Below, piece after piece: positions 7,532 through 17,499 of a stretch of DNA of 64,000 bases. Each line of letters starts with the position of its first letter. Position 1 is the stretch's first letter. Under the pieces are notes generated by a model. That model was not told where the DNA came from. It saw nothing but the letters and a program-made list of their open reading frames with translations, and searched no databases. Origin of the DNA: Hyphomicrobiales bacterium (GTDB taxonomy: Bacteria; Pseudomonadota; Alphaproteobacteria; Rhizobiales; Afifellaceae); contig JBBQVL010000002.1 in NCBI GenBank assembly GCA_038211615.1, forward strand, positions 1,289-65,288, read 5' to 3'. A program made the translations under genes and the position numbers.

Positions 7532-8125
7532 ATGGGGTCTGAGAGACTGATGGCGCTTACCGACGGCGTCGTGGCGATTGTCATCACCATCATGGTGCTG
7601 GAGCTGAGGCCGCCGCACGGCGCCGACCTCGACAGCCTGCTCGAGCTCTGGCCCATATTCCTGAGCTTCGCCCTGAGCTTCATCTACGTCGCAATCTACT
7701 GGAACAACCATCATCACTTCTTCAAGCTCGTGCCGCATGTGAGCGGAGCGGTGATGTGGTCGAACATGAACCTGCTGTTCTGGTTGTCGCTGATCCCGTT
7801 CACCACCGCGTGGATGAACGAGCACACCACGGAGCCGTTTCCCGTGGCGCTCTACGGAGCGACGCTGCTGCTTTGCGCCATAAGCTGGTATCTCCTGCAG
7901 GCTGCGATCGTGCGGATGCAGGGCGAGGGCTCGCCGCTGCGCAAGGCTCTCGGGCGCGACCTGAAGGGCAAGCTGTCGCCGGTCGCCTACCTGATCGGGA
8001 TGGGGATGGCGTTCGTGGAGCCTTTGCTCGCCTATGCGATCTACGCCGGACTGGCGTTCGCCTGGCTCATTCCGGATCGCCGGGTGACCGCGGCGCTTGA
8101 CCAGCCCGAGCGCCAGCCGACGTGA
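7532..8125 (+). CDS. TMEM175-family (DUF1211) potassium channel
   Basis: N-terminal RLMALTDGVVAIVITIMVLEL motif and six hydrophobic helices. Confidence 0.85.
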   Translation: MGSERLMALTDGVVAIVITIMVLELRPPHGADLDSLLELWPIFLSFALSFIYVAIYWNNHHHFFKLVPHVSGAVMWSNMNLLFWLSLIPFTTAWMNEHTTEPFPVALYGATLLLCAISWYLLQAAIVRMQGEGSPLRKALGRDLKGKLSPVAYLIGMGMAFVEPLLAYAIYAGLAFAWLIPDRRVTAALDQPERQPT

Positions 8126-8149
8126 CCCCGGCAAGCACCGCCTGCCGCC

Positions 8150-10828
8150 TCACTCCATGTTGAGCAGGCGCTGCAGGTATTCCAGCTCGTAGCGCGGGCG
8201 GGAGCGTTCGCCGAGGCGGGAGCGGATCGCCTCGAGGATGCGGCGGGCCCGCTCCACGTCGATCTCGTCCGGCACCTTCACGTTCTGCCCGAGGTCCGGT
8301 CCCTCGGTGCGCTGCGGGCGGCCTAGCGGGTCGCGATCGCCGGACTTGCGGCCGCCCATCTGCTGGCCCTGACCGCCGGGCTGCTGCGCGTACATCTGCT
8401 GCATCATGCCCTGAAGGCCTTCGCGGAGCGCATCGAGCGCCTCACCCTGGTGGCCATAGGCGTCGCCCGGCGCGCCCTCGCCAAGCGAGCGGGAGGCGTC
8501 GCCCATGGCGCGGCCGGCGCGGCCGAGCGTGCGCCCCATCTCCTGGCTGTCGCCCTGACCGTTCTGACCCTGGCCGTTCTGGCCCTGCTGTCCTTCGCCT
8601 TCCTGTCCCTGCTGACCCTGCTGTCCTTGCTGGCCCTGCATTTCCTGCATCAGCTTCTTCAGCTGCTCGGCGAGTTGCCCCTGGCCCTCCTGCAGCTGCT
8701 TCATCAACTGGTCGAACTCTTCCGGCGAGATCGGCTTCCGCTCGCCCTGCTGCGCCTGCTGGTCGTCCGGCCGGCGCCCCTGGTTCATCTGGAACGTCTG
8801 GTCCATCAGCTTCTGCTGATCCCGCATCATCTTTGCGAGCTCGTCCATCTGCCGCATGGCCTCTTCGTCCATCGGCTGGTTCTGGCCGGGCTGCGCCATC
8901 TGCAGATTGTCGAGCATGTTCTGCAGCTGGCTGAGCAGCTCCTGCGCCGCGTCGCGGTTGCCCTGCTTCGCCAGCTCCTCGATGCGGTCGAGCATCTTCT
9001 GCAGGTCCTGCTCGGAGAGCTCCTGCGTATTCTGGTCGCCGGGCGTCTGCGGCATGTTCTGCAGGCCGCGCTGCTGCATCTCCGCCGAGTAGCTCTGCAG
9101 GAAGTCCTGCATGGCCTGGCGAAGCTCGTCGGTCAGGCGCTTGATCTCCTCGTCGCTGGCGCCTTCCTTCAGCGCCTGCTCAAGCGCCTGACGCGCCGCC
9201 TGCAGACGCTGCTCGGCGTCGGACATGTCGCCGTCCTCGATCGCCCGCGCCATCGTCCAGAGATAGTCGAGCTCCTGCCGCAGGTCGTCGTCGCTGCGGG
9301 CGTTGAGAAGCCGCTGGTAGGCGACGCGGAGCCCGAGATAGATGCCGGAGCTCGGGATCTCCTCCGGCGCGATGGTCAGCGCGTCGAGCGCGTTCGCGAC
9401 GTTCTGGCGGGTGTTGGCGTCGAGCGCCAGGATCTGCCGCTGCTCGATCAGAGCGCGCGCCAGCGGATTGTAGAAGGGGTGGGCGGGCAGCGTCATCGCG
9501 CCGTTGTCGGAGGGACGCGCCTCCTGGCCCGCGGCATCCTTCACGACCGCATCGGCCAGCACTTCGAGCCCCGCATAGGGGTGCGCCTCCAGCCGGCCGT
9601 CGACGCGGGCCGTGCCGGAGCGCGCCTGGCTCCGGTCGACGCGCATGGCGACGGACGGCGGCTCGACCAGCGGCCGCGCGCCCGGCGCCTCTTTCGCCGC
9701 GCGGAAGGTGACCTTGCCTTCGGTGACGCCGTAATCGTCGCTGACATTGAAGGAGAGCTGGAAGGAGCCGCTCTGGTTCACCGTGAGCGGACCGCGGGCG
9801 ATGGTCGGAGGATGGTCCTCGACGATCGTCAGCGGGTAGGCGGTGGTTCCGCCGGCATGCCTGATCGCGACCGTCGCGTCGTTGTCGAGCACCGCCTCAT
9901 AGCTCCGGATCACGTCGTCCGATTCCGCCGCGTGGCTTTCCGCCGTTGGTGCGAGCGGTGCAATTCCGGCGTCCGTCCTGAGCGTCACCTCGGCGGCGTC
10001 GCGCGAGACGACGCGCACGGTGAGCTTGCTCCCCTCCGGCACGCTGACCGGCCTCGCCGGATCGGTTGCGGCGCTTGCGGAAGCGGCGGGGCCGGGGGCC
10101 GGCTCGGCCGGCGGCGGGGCCGCCGCGGCCGCCGCGGTGCCCGGCGTCGCGGCATCCGGCCGGCGCGACAGGAATACCGGCGCCTGGCGCGTGTAGGCAG
10201 GCGGGTCGACCCACGCGTCGATGCGCGCCGCGACCGCGAGCGGGATAAGCCTGACCGGCGAGAACGCCTCGCCGAGGCGCGTCGTCCATTCGCCCCAGCC
10301 GACCGCGAACGCGATGACGAGAAGGATCGGCACCGCGAAACGCAGGGCGTTCGGATCGCGCTCCGCCATCGCGGGCCGTGGCGCACCGACCTTGAGGTTC
10401 GCCAGCGTCGCGTAAAGCCGCGCCTGCTCGGCCGCCCAAAGCATGTGCGCGGCCGAATCGTTCGCCACCTTCGAGATCGTGTCGCTCAGCCCGCGCGCCG
10501 GCCGATGCGGCAGGCCGGAGGCGAGTTCCACGCGCCGCATCGCCTCGAACCGCCCAGGAATTGCCATGCGGACGAGCTGGATCAGGCAGAAGAGCAGCGC
10601 GATGCCGAGCACCGCAAGCGTGCCGAGGCGCAGCCAGTCGCCGCCGAGCCGCCAATAGCCGAGCCACGAAAGGATGACATAGATGCCGGCGAGCGACAGG
10701 ATCGGCACGATGCGCGGCCAGAGGCGCTCGGAGACGATGGCGAGGCGGGCGCGACCGATCGCGCGCTCCAGACGGTCGAGTTTTCGGTGCGGCGCGGACC
10801 GGTCTATCGGCATCGATTCATCATACAC
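8150..10828 (-). CDS. TIGR02302/DUF4175-family membrane protein with a Q/E-rich low-complexity C-terminus
   Basis: N-terminal TM helices and a long coiled/low-complexity tail (QGQQGQQGQQGQEGEGQQGQNGQGQNGQG). Conserved position beside lysA in alphaproteobacteria. Confidence 0.8.
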   Translation of the reverse strand: MYDESMPIDRSAPHRKLDRLERAIGRARLAIVSERLWPRIVPILSLAGIYVILSWLGYWRLGGDWLRLGTLAVLGIALLFCLIQLVRMAIPGRFEAMRRVELASGLPHRPARGLSDTISKVANDSAAHMLWAAEQARLYATLANLKVGAPRPAMAERDPNALRFAVPILLVIAFAVGWGEWTTRLGEAFSPVRLIPLAVAARIDAWVDPPAYTRQAPVFLSRRPDAATPGTAAAAAAPPPAEPAPGPAASASAATDPARPVSVPEGSKLTVRVVSRDAAEVTLRTDAGIAPLAPTAESHAAESDDVIRSYEAVLDNDATVAIRHAGGTTAYPLTIVEDHPPTIARGPLTVNQSGSFQLSFNVSDDYGVTEGKVTFRAAKEAPGARPLVEPPSVAMRVDRSQARSGTARVDGRLEAHPYAGLEVLADAVVKDAAGQEARPSDNGAMTLPAHPFYNPLARALIEQRQILALDANTRQNVANALDALTIAPEEIPSSGIYLGLRVAYQRLLNARSDDDLRQELDYLWTMARAIEDGDMSDAEQRLQAARQALEQALKEGASDEEIKRLTDELRQAMQDFLQSYSAEMQQRGLQNMPQTPGDQNTQELSEQDLQKMLDRIEELAKQGNRDAAQELLSQLQNMLDNLQMAQPGQNQPMDEEAMRQMDELAKMMRDQQKLMDQTFQMNQGRRPDDQQAQQGERKPISPEEFDQLMKQLQEGQGQLAEQLKKLMQEMQGQQGQQGQQGQEGEGQQGQNGQGQNGQGDSQEMGRTLGRAGRAMGDASRSLGEGAPGDAYGHQGEALDALREGLQGMMQQMYAQQPGGQGQQMGGRKSGDRDPLGRPQRTEGPDLGQNVKVPDEIDVERARRILEAIRSRLGERSRPRYELEYLQRLLNME

Positions 10829-10921
10829 GTCCTGTGGTTAAATAGCACCGCACGGGACGATGGCCAGACAAAGGCGCGTGAGCGGGACGTTGGCCAAGCC
10901 GCGGCTGGCGCGGGAAAAACC

Positions 10922-12184
10922 TCAGGCCAGCCAGCCCGGCAGCCGGTCCAGCCCGATCAGTTCGTCGTAGCTCTGGCGCGGGCGCACGACGGCGTAGTCC
11001 TTGCCGTTGACCAGGACCTCGGGAACGAGAAGCCGCGAATTGTAGGTGCCGGCCTGCACGGCGCCGTAGGCGCCGGCGGAGTAGACCGCGAGGAGATCGC
11101 CGGCGGCGGGGCGCTGCAGGGTGCGGCCCCTGGCGAGAAAATCGCCGCTCTCGCAGATCGGACCGACGACATCGCAGACGATCTCCGGCGCGCCGCTTTC
11201 GATCACCGGCCCGATGCGGTGCCACGCGTCGTAAAGGGTCGGGCGGACGAGGTCGTTCATCGCCGCGTCGACAATCACGAAGGTGCGGTCCCCGCCCTCC
11301 TTCACGTAGATCACTTGCGCGACGAGGATGCCGGCATTGCCGGCGATCAGCCGCCCCGGCTCGAAGATGACGCGGCAGCCGATCTTGTTCATGTGCTTGC
11401 GCACGATATCCGCGTAGGCGGTCGGCAGCGGCGGCGCGGCTTCGTCGTCGCGATAGGGAATGCCGAGACCGCCGCCAAGATCGACATGCTCTATCGCGTG
11501 GCCGTCGGCGCGCAGCTCAACCACCAGCTCGGAGATCAGCCCGAAGGCGTTGTCGAAGGGAGTGAGCTCGGTCAGCTGGCTGCCGATATGCGTGTCGATC
11601 CCGACGACGCGGATGCCGGGCATCTTCGCGGCGCGCGCATAGATTTCTCGCGCGCGATCGAACGGCACCCCAAACTTGTTCTCCTTGCGGCCGGTAGAGA
11701 TTTTCTCGTGGGTTCGCGCGTCGACATCCGGATTGATGCGGATCGAGACGGGCGCAACGACATTGCGGCTCGTCGCGAGGCTCGCGAGAAGTTCGAGCTC
11801 CGGTTCCGATTCCACATTGAAGCATGCGATGCGCGAATCGAGCGCGAAGGCGAGTTCGCGCGCCGTCTTGCCGACGCCGGAGAAGACGATCTTCTCCGCC
11901 GGAATTCCCGCCGCCAGCGCGCGGCGCAGCTCGCCCTCCGAGACGACGTCGGCGCCGGCGCCGAGCCTTGCGAGCGTGGCGACCACCGCCTGGTTGGAAT
12001 TCGCCTTCAGCGAATAGCAGATGAGATGATCGAGCCCGGCGAAGGCTTCGTCGAAGACGCGGTAATGCCGCGTCAGCGTTGCCGTCGAATAGCAGTAGAA
12101 CGGCGTGCCGACCTCCGCCGCGATCTTCGGCACCGGCACGTCCTCGGCGTAGAGCACGCCGCCCTTATGCGCGAAGTGGTGCAC
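10922..12184 (-). CDS. lysA: Diaminopimelate decarboxylase
   Basis: 420 aa. PLP-fold motifs (YSLKANSN, HIGSQ, GGGLGIPY, CESGD). Confidence 0.95.
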   Translation of the reverse strand: MHHFAHKGGVLYAEDVPVPKIAAEVGTPFYCYSTATLTRHYRVFDEAFAGLDHLICYSLKANSNQAVVATLARLGAGADVVSEGELRRALAAGIPAEKIVFSGVGKTARELAFALDSRIACFNVESEPELELLASLATSRNVVAPVSIRINPDVDARTHEKISTGRKENKFGVPFDRAREIYARAAKMPGIRVVGIDTHIGSQLTELTPFDNAFGLISELVVELRADGHAIEHVDLGGGLGIPYRDDEAAPPLPTAYADIVRKHMNKIGCRVIFEPGRLIAGNAGILVAQVIYVKEGGDRTFVIVDAAMNDLVRPTLYDAWHRIGPVIESGAPEIVCDVVGPICESGDFLARGRTLQRPAAGDLLAVYSAGAYGAVQAGTYNSRLLVPEVLVNGKDYAVVRPRQSYDELIGLDRLPGWLA

Positions 12185-12192
12185 CGGAAATC

Positions 12193-12414
12193 CTAGAGCA
12201 GGAAATCGAGGAAGAAGCGGCGGCGGGGCGGCGGCTGAAGCTGTTGCTGCCGCGGCGTGACCGGCACCGAGCCCGGATCGAGCGGTGACACGTTTGTGGG
12301 CTGCGCGGCCGACGTACTGACCGTGGCGCCAGGCGGCTCCAGATCGCCACGCCGCCCGCAGCCGGCAAGGGCGGCCACGGCGAGGAGGACGATGATCAGC
12401 GTTCGGACAGGCAT
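12193..12414 (-). CDS. Small lipoprotein (LptM/YifL-like by position)
   Basis: Lipobox LAGC in MPVRTLIIVLLAVAALAGCG. Sits between argH and lysA. Confidence 0.6.
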   Translation of the reverse strand: MPVRTLIIVLLAVAALAGCGRRGDLEPPGATVSTSAAQPTNVSPLDPGSVPVTPRQQQLQPPPRRRFFLDFLL

Positions 12415-12455
12415 GATGTTCCCCGGAGACGGGCGACTATAGCCGACGCGCCGGC

Positions 12456-13865
12456 TCACGCACCCCGATTCTGACGGGGCTTTTCTGTCGCCAGCCGCTC
12501 GATCCAGACACGCGCGGCGGCCTTGACGTTATCCGGTGCGGTGCCGCCCTCGCTGGTGCGGCTTGCGGCGGAGGCCTCGACCGACAGCACGTCGTAGACC
12601 GCCCTGGTGATCTTCGGGTGCGCGGCCTGCATGATTTCGAGCGGCAGCACCTCGAGCGTGACGCCGCGCTTCGCCGCCTCCGAGACGATCTGCCCAACGA
12701 CGTGATGCGCCTCGCGGAAGGGGAGGCCTGCCTCGCGCACCAGCCAGTCGGCGAGGTCGGTGGCGGTGGCGTAGCCCGTGCCCGCCGCCTTCTTCATCGT
12801 CGCAATGTCGGGCGTCATGTCCAAGACCATGCCGGTCATGGCGGCGAGCGACAGGGAGAGGCTCGGCAGCGCGTCGAAGATGCGCTCCTTGTCCTCCTGC
12901 ATGTCCTTCGAATAGGCGAGCGGCAGGCCCTTCATCACCACCAGGAGTCCCAGGAGATCGCCGAAGATCCTTCCGGTCTTGGCGCGCACCAGCTCGGCGG
13001 CGTCGGGGTTGCGCTTCTGCGGCATGATCGAGGAGCCGGTGGTGAAGCGATCGGAGAGCTGCACGAAGCCGAATTGCGGCGTCGCCCACAAGACAATCTC
13101 CTCGGCGAAGCGGGAGAGGTGCACGGCGCAGATCGACGCCGCGGCCATGGCCTCCAGCGCAAAATCGCGGTCGGCGACCGAATCGAGCGAGTTCGCAGTC
13201 GGCCGGTCAAAGCCGAGCTTCTTCGCCGTCGCCGCGCGGTCGATCGGAAATGCCGTCCCGGCGAGCGCCGCCGCGCCGAGCGGCGATTCGTTCAGCCGCC
13301 TGCGGCAGTCGGCGAAGCGGCCGCGGTCGCGAGAAAGCATCTCGACGTAGGCGAGGAGATGGTGGCCGAAGGTGATCGGCTGCGCGCTCTGCAGGTGCGT
13401 GAAGCCCGGCATCACGGCGCCGGAGAATTTCTCCGCCTTCGCTGCGAGCGCGGATTGCAGGCCGTGAAGCTGGCCGTCGATCTCGTCGATCGCGTTCCTC
13501 ACCCAGAGCTTCAGGTCGGTCGCCACCTGATCGTTGCGCGAACGGGCGGTGTGCAGCCTGCCGGCCGCATCGCCGATCAGCTCCTTGAGCCGCGCCTCGA
13601 CGTGCGTGTGGATGTCCTCCAGCGCGCGCGAGAATGTGAAGGTTCCAGCGGCGATTTCTGACGCGATCGTGTCCAGTCCCGCGACAATTTGCTTCGCATC
13701 GCCGGCCGAAATGATGCCCTGTTCGGCGAGCATTTCCGCATGCGCGCGGGAGCCGGCGATATCTTCCGCGAAAAGCGCCCTGTCGAAGTCGATCGAGGCG
13801 TTGATCTCTTGCATGATGGCGTCCGGGCCTTCAGAGAACCGGCCGCCCCACATTGTCTTCGTCAT
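12456..13865 (-). CDS. argH: Argininosuccinate lyase
   Basis: 469 aa. MWGGRFSE start and the fumarate-lyase signature [12 protein letters not shown]. Confidence 0.95.
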   Translation of the reverse strand: MTKTMWGGRFSEGPDAIMQEINASIDFDRALFAEDIAGSRAHAEMLAEQGIISAGDAKQIVAGLDTIASEIAAGTFTFSRALEDIHTHVEARLKELIGDAAGRLHTARSRNDQVATDLKLWVRNAIDEIDGQLHGLQSALAAKAEKFSGAVMPGFTHLQSAQPITFGHHLLAYVEMLSRDRGRFADCRRRLNESPLGAAALAGTAFPIDRAATAKKLGFDRPTANSLDSVADRDFALEAMAAASICAVHLSRFAEEIVLWATPQFGFVQLSDRFTTGSSIMPQKRNPDAAELVRAKTGRIFGDLLGLLVVMKGLPLAYSKDMQEDKERIFDALPSLSLSLAAMTGMVLDMTPDIATMKKAAGTGYATATDLADWLVREAGLPFREAHHVVGQIVSEAAKRGVTLEVLPLEIMQAAHPKITRAVYDVLSVEASAASRTSEGGTAPDNVKAAARVWIERLATEKPRQNRGA

Positions 13866-13888
13866 GGTCCCTCGCGAGGTGCCGCCCG

Positions 13889-14554
13889 ATGGCCGAAAGG
13901 CAGAAACGCGTTGTCTGGAATGCCCGCACCGGCGCAGCCGCGCTGGTCGCCGTGGCCGTGCTCGCCGCGGCGGTATACGTGACGCTCGGCGGGCAAGGCA
14001 ATCGCGAGGTTGCCGCCGAATGCCGGCCGGCGGCGGCGCAGGCGGCGGCGCTCGACAAGCAGATCGGCGGCGAGGTGGCGGGATTCAGCGTCGCACGGCA
14101 GCCCGAAAAGCTCTCCGACCTCGCGTTCACGGCAACCGACGGCGCGCCGACCACGCTTGCCGCCTTCAAGGGCAAGGTGGCGCTGGTCAACCTCTGGGCG
14201 ACATGGTGCGTGCCCTGCCGGCAGGAGATGCCGGCGCTCGACCGGCTGCAGGCGGCGCTCGGCGGCGACGATTTCACCGTCGTCCCGATCTCCATCGATA
14301 TCGGCGAGCCGGGCCGCCCGGCGGCATTCCTGCAATCGATCGGCGTGAAAAGCCTGCCGCTCTACACCGACCGCACGACGAAGGTGTTCGAGGATCTGAA
14401 GGGCAAGGGGATCGCGATCGGCCTTCCGGTGACGCTGCTCCTCGACCGCAACGGATGCAGCCTCGGCCACATCAACGGCCCGGCGGAATGGGACTCGCCC
14501 GACGGGCGCAAGCTCATCGAAGCGGCGATCGGCAAAGGCGCAGGCGGCGCATAG
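13889..14554 (+). CDS. tlpA: Membrane-anchored thioredoxin-like thiol:disulfide oxidoreductase (TlpA family)
   Basis: WCVPC active site in [15 protein letters not shown], plus an N-terminal anchor helix. The ATG at 13889 avoids overlap with the argH start. Confidence 0.8.
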   Translation: MAERQKRVVWNARTGAAALVAVAVLAAAVYVTLGGQGNREVAAECRPAAAQAAALDKQIGGEVAGFSVARQPEKLSDLAFTATDGAPTTLAAFKGKVALVNLWATWCVPCRQEMPALDRLQAALGGDDFTVVPISIDIGEPGRPAAFLQSIGVKSLPLYTDRTTKVFEDLKGKGIAIGLPVTLLLDRNGCSLGHINGPAEWDSPDGRKLIEAAIGKGAGGA

Positions 14555-14574
14555 GGTCTTCGGTCACGCCGACA

Positions 14575-15774
14575 CTAGGCGATGCGCAGAAGCGTCAGTC
14601 TGGGTTGCTGTTGCCCGCTTCCCCCCGGAGCGCACTCGACCCGGTTGCGGCCGGCGAATTTTGCCCGGTAGAGCGCGGCGTCGGCCTCCTGCATAAGGGC
14701 GTCCAGCGGAACTTCGGGCTGGTCGGTGGCGGCTGTGCCGGCGCTTACAGTTGCGTTCACCGGCTGGCCGTCGACAAATGTCGCCGCCATCGCAAAGGCC
14801 CTTCGGATACGTTCAGCCATCGCGACGGCCGCCTCCGCTCCCGAACCCGGAAGGACCGCCGCGAACTCCTCGCCACCGATCCGGCCTAGAGCGTCGTTTG
14901 GGCGCAGAGCCTTCTGCGCCGCCTCTCCGAAGATCTGCAGCGTGCGGTCCCCGGTGGCGTGGCCGTAGCCGTCGTTGACCGCTTTGAAGTGGTCGAGATC
15001 GAGCGCGATCACCGCATAGGGAACGCCGTCTTGCCGGCAACGCTCCACCAGCCGCGCTGCCCGATCGAAGAACGCCCCCCGGTTCGCAAGGCCGGTCAGC
15101 GAATCGATCGAGGCGGCGCGCTTGTGGCGCAGCTCGCTCGACTCGCGCATCGCGGCGACCACGAAGATCGTCGTTCCGACCATGTAGATCAGCGCTTCGA
15201 AATGGATGATTCCGAAGAGGCTCTCTACCGCGGGCAGCGGGACGATCCCGGCCGATGACGTCGCGGCCGTGGCCGCCCCGACGATGAGCACCGCCGTGTG
15301 TGTCAGGATGAAGCCCACAAGCGGCCAGCGTGACCTGAGTTTCTCGCCATCCTGGACGAGAAGCGTCCAGGCCGCGGCGACGAGGTAGGCGGCGTTGAAC
15401 AGCGTGCCGAGCCCGCCGCGCAGATCAGCCAGCGCCGCGCCGATAGGAAACGCGTTGACGCCGAGAACAATCGCGGGGCCGAGAAGCATCAGCCCGTAGT
15501 GCGGCTTCAATCCATTGAAGCGCCGCGCCGACGCCCACACCAATGCCGAGCTTCCCGCGAGGCACCCGAATGCCAGGGCCAGCATTGGGCCGTTCGCGGC
15601 CACCCCGCCGAATGCCAGCAGCGCTATGGCCGCCGCGAGAACAAAATCCGCCGCCGCCCACCAGAGCACGGGCGACATCTCCCGGTACTGATACCACGCG
15701 AACACAAGCATCGCGCCGCTTAGGAGAGCGACAAACGAGCCGGCAAGCGTCAGGGTCGGAACGTCCAGAATCAT
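14575..15774 (-). CDS. Membrane-bound diguanylate cyclase (GGDEF)
   Basis: About 200 aa of TM helices, then a GGDEF domain with RIGGEEFA and the DHFKAVND motif. Confidence 0.85.
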   Translation of the reverse strand: MILDVPTLTLAGSFVALLSGAMLVFAWYQYREMSPVLWWAAADFVLAAAIALLAFGGVAANGPMLALAFGCLAGSSALVWASARRFNGLKPHYGLMLLGPAIVLGVNAFPIGAALADLRGGLGTLFNAAYLVAAAWTLLVQDGEKLRSRWPLVGFILTHTAVLIVGAATAATSSAGIVPLPAVESLFGIIHFEALIYMVGTTIFVVAAMRESSELRHKRAASIDSLTGLANRGAFFDRAARLVERCRQDGVPYAVIALDLDHFKAVNDGYGHATGDRTLQIFGEAAQKALRPNDALGRIGGEEFAAVLPGSGAEAAVAMAERIRRAFAMAATFVDGQPVNATVSAGTAATDQPEVPLDALMQEADAALYRAKFAGRNRVECAPGGSGQQQPRLTLLRIA

Positions 15775-15922
15775 CCGAGTACAGGTGACTGTCCCCCAAT
15801 CCTCGCACGCCTCCCGCTGAGCGAACGTTACTTCGATGCCGGCATTTTGAACGATTGGCGGCTACGATCGCGCAAGAACTCGCTTAGGTGCGCAGAATTG
15901 GGCAGGGCTTAATTGCCGATTG

Positions 15923-15947
15923 TACCAAGAATTGGTATATGTTGGTA
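15923..15947. promoter_or_regulatory. Candidate ParD operator
   Basis: Inverted repeat TACCAA-gaa-TTGGTA (15923-15937) plus a third TTGGTA half-site (15942-15947), 19 nt upstream of the parD ATG. Confidence 0.45.
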
Positions 15948-15965
15948 TCAGCGGGAAGAAGTCCG

Positions 15966-16217
15966 ATGCCGAAGAACACTTCCATTACGATCAGCGATCA
16001 GTTCGCCGCCTTTATCGCCGAGCTGGTGGAACAAGGCCGCTATGGCTCGGCGAGCGATGTCGTACGCGCCGGCCTGCGACTGCTGCAAGAGCACGAGACG
16101 AAGCTTGAAACACTTCGCGTCGCGCTTCTCGAAGGCGAGGAGAGCGGTCCCTCCACATCGTTCGACTTCGAGGGTTTCATCGCAGGAAAACGGAAGGGCC
16201 GCTCTCGCGCCGCATGA
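15966..16217 (+). CDS. parD: Type II antitoxin, ParD family (RHH)
   Basis: GRYGSASDVVRAGLRLL motif. Stop overlaps the parE start. Confidence 0.85.
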   Translation: MPKNTSITISDQFAAFIAELVEQGRYGSASDVVRAGLRLLQEHETKLETLRVALLEGEESGPSTSFDFEGFIAGKRKGRSRAA

Positions 16218-16504
16218 TGGCCTATGTCCTCTCGCCGCGAGCAAAGGCAGATATCGATGCGGTCTGGGACTACACTGCCGAACACTGGGGTGACGATCAG
16301 GCGGAGCGCTATATTCGCGCGCTCATGAAGGCGATCGATATTGTAGCACGCGACCCTGGCAAGGCACGGGTTTCCGATGACATTCGGCCCGGTTACCGCC
16401 GCTACCGGGCGGGCAGTCACGTCATCTTCTTCCGTCTGGTCGAGGGCCAAATCGATATAGTACGCATCCTGCATCAGTCGATGGACTTCGACCGACGTCT
16501 CTGA
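16214..16504 (+). CDS. parE: Type II toxin, ParE/RelE family
   Basis: LSPRAKADIDAVWDYTAEHWG ... GSHVIFFRL ... IDIVRILHQSMD, the typical ParE pattern. Confidence 0.9.
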   Translation: MMAYVLSPRAKADIDAVWDYTAEHWGDDQAERYIRALMKAIDIVARDPGKARVSDDIRPGYRRYRAGSHVIFFRLVEGQIDIVRILHQSMDFDRRL

Positions 16505-16523
16505 ACGCGCGTCGTGATCCTTA

Positions 16524-17393
16524 TTAGCGTGTCGGGACCGGCTCGTCGCCCCGGTAATCGTAGAAGCCCCGCCCGGTTTTTCTGCCGAGCCAGCCGGCCT
16601 CGACGTATTTCACCAAGAGCGGGCATGGGCGGTATTTGGAATCCGCCAGTCCGTCGTGCAGCACCTGCATGATGGAGAGGCAGGTATCGAGGCCGATGAA
16701 ATCGGCGAGCTCGAGCGGGCCCATCGGGTGATGCGCGCCGAGCTTCATCGCCGCGTCGATGGCGTCGACCGTGCCGACGCCCTCGTAGAGCGTGTAGATC
16801 GCCTCGTTGATCATCGGCAGCAGGATGCGGTTGACGATGAAGGCGGGGAAATCCTCCGCCACGGCGGTCTTCTTGCCGATCTTCGCGGCGAACGCCTTCG
16901 CTGCCTCGAAGGTCACGTCGTCGGTGGCGATGCCGCGCACCAGCTCCACCAGCTCCATCACCGGCACCGGATTCATGAAGTGCATGCCGATGAAGCGTTC
17001 CGGCCGGTCCGTGGCGGCGGCGAGGCGCGTGATGGAGATGGAGGAGGTGTTGGTGGCGAGGAGGGCGGTGGCGGGGAGCACGGCGCAGAGATCGGCGAAG
17101 ACCTTGCGCTTTACCGCCTCGTTCTCGCTGACCGACTCGATGGCGAGGTCGACGTCGGCGAACTGATCGAGGGAGAGAGCCGGCTGGATGCGGCCGATCG
17201 CCTCTTTTCGCTCCGCCTCGCTGATGCGGCCGGAGGCGACCTGGCGCGCGAGATTGCCGTCGATCGTGGCGAGGCCGGCGTTGACGCGCTCCGCGCTCAT
17301 GTCGTGCAGCGCGACGGAATAGCCGCCGAGCGCGCAGACATGGGCTATCCCGTTGCCCATCTGGCCCGCGCCTACTACCCCGATCTTCTTCAT
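16524..17393 (-). CDS. hbd: 3-hydroxybutyryl-CoA dehydrogenase
   Basis: Rossmann motif VVGAGQMGNGIA and the 3HCDH C-terminal domain. Start is ambiguous (17393, 17402 or 17405). The upstream part of the track ORF is not coding. Confidence 0.9.
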   Translation of the reverse strand: MKKIGVVGAGQMGNGIAHVCALGGYSVALHDMSAERVNAGLATIDGNLARQVASGRISEAERKEAIGRIQPALSLDQFADVDLAIESVSENEAVKRKVFADLCAVLPATALLATNTSSISITRLAAATDRPERFIGMHFMNPVPVMELVELVRGIATDDVTFEAAKAFAAKIGKKTAVAEDFPAFIVNRILLPMINEAIYTLYEGVGTVDAIDAAMKLGAHHPMGPLELADFIGLDTCLSIMQVLHDGLADSKYRPCPLLVKYVEAGWLGRKTGRGFYDYRGDEPVPTR

Positions 17394-17499
17394 CGCCGCC
17401 ATCATGGCCCTCGGATCGCTTCCCCCGGATGAGTATTTCGCAAGCGCGAGAAAAGCGGAAGCCGGAGAAGCGTCATTCTGCGCGGAGAGGCGCTGACGC

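Noticed and set aside
8450-12196. 1248-aa ORF on the plus strand
   Set aside because: It is antisense to the DUF4175 and lysA genes. The translation is Arg/Ala/Leu/His-rich with no motifs, while the opposite strand encodes recognisable families. This is a typical high-G+C shadow ORF.
13853-13888. Upstream start for tlpA overlapping the argH start
   Set aside because: It would make divergent genes overlap by 13 nt. The ATG at 13889 gives a normal anchor-helix N-terminus.
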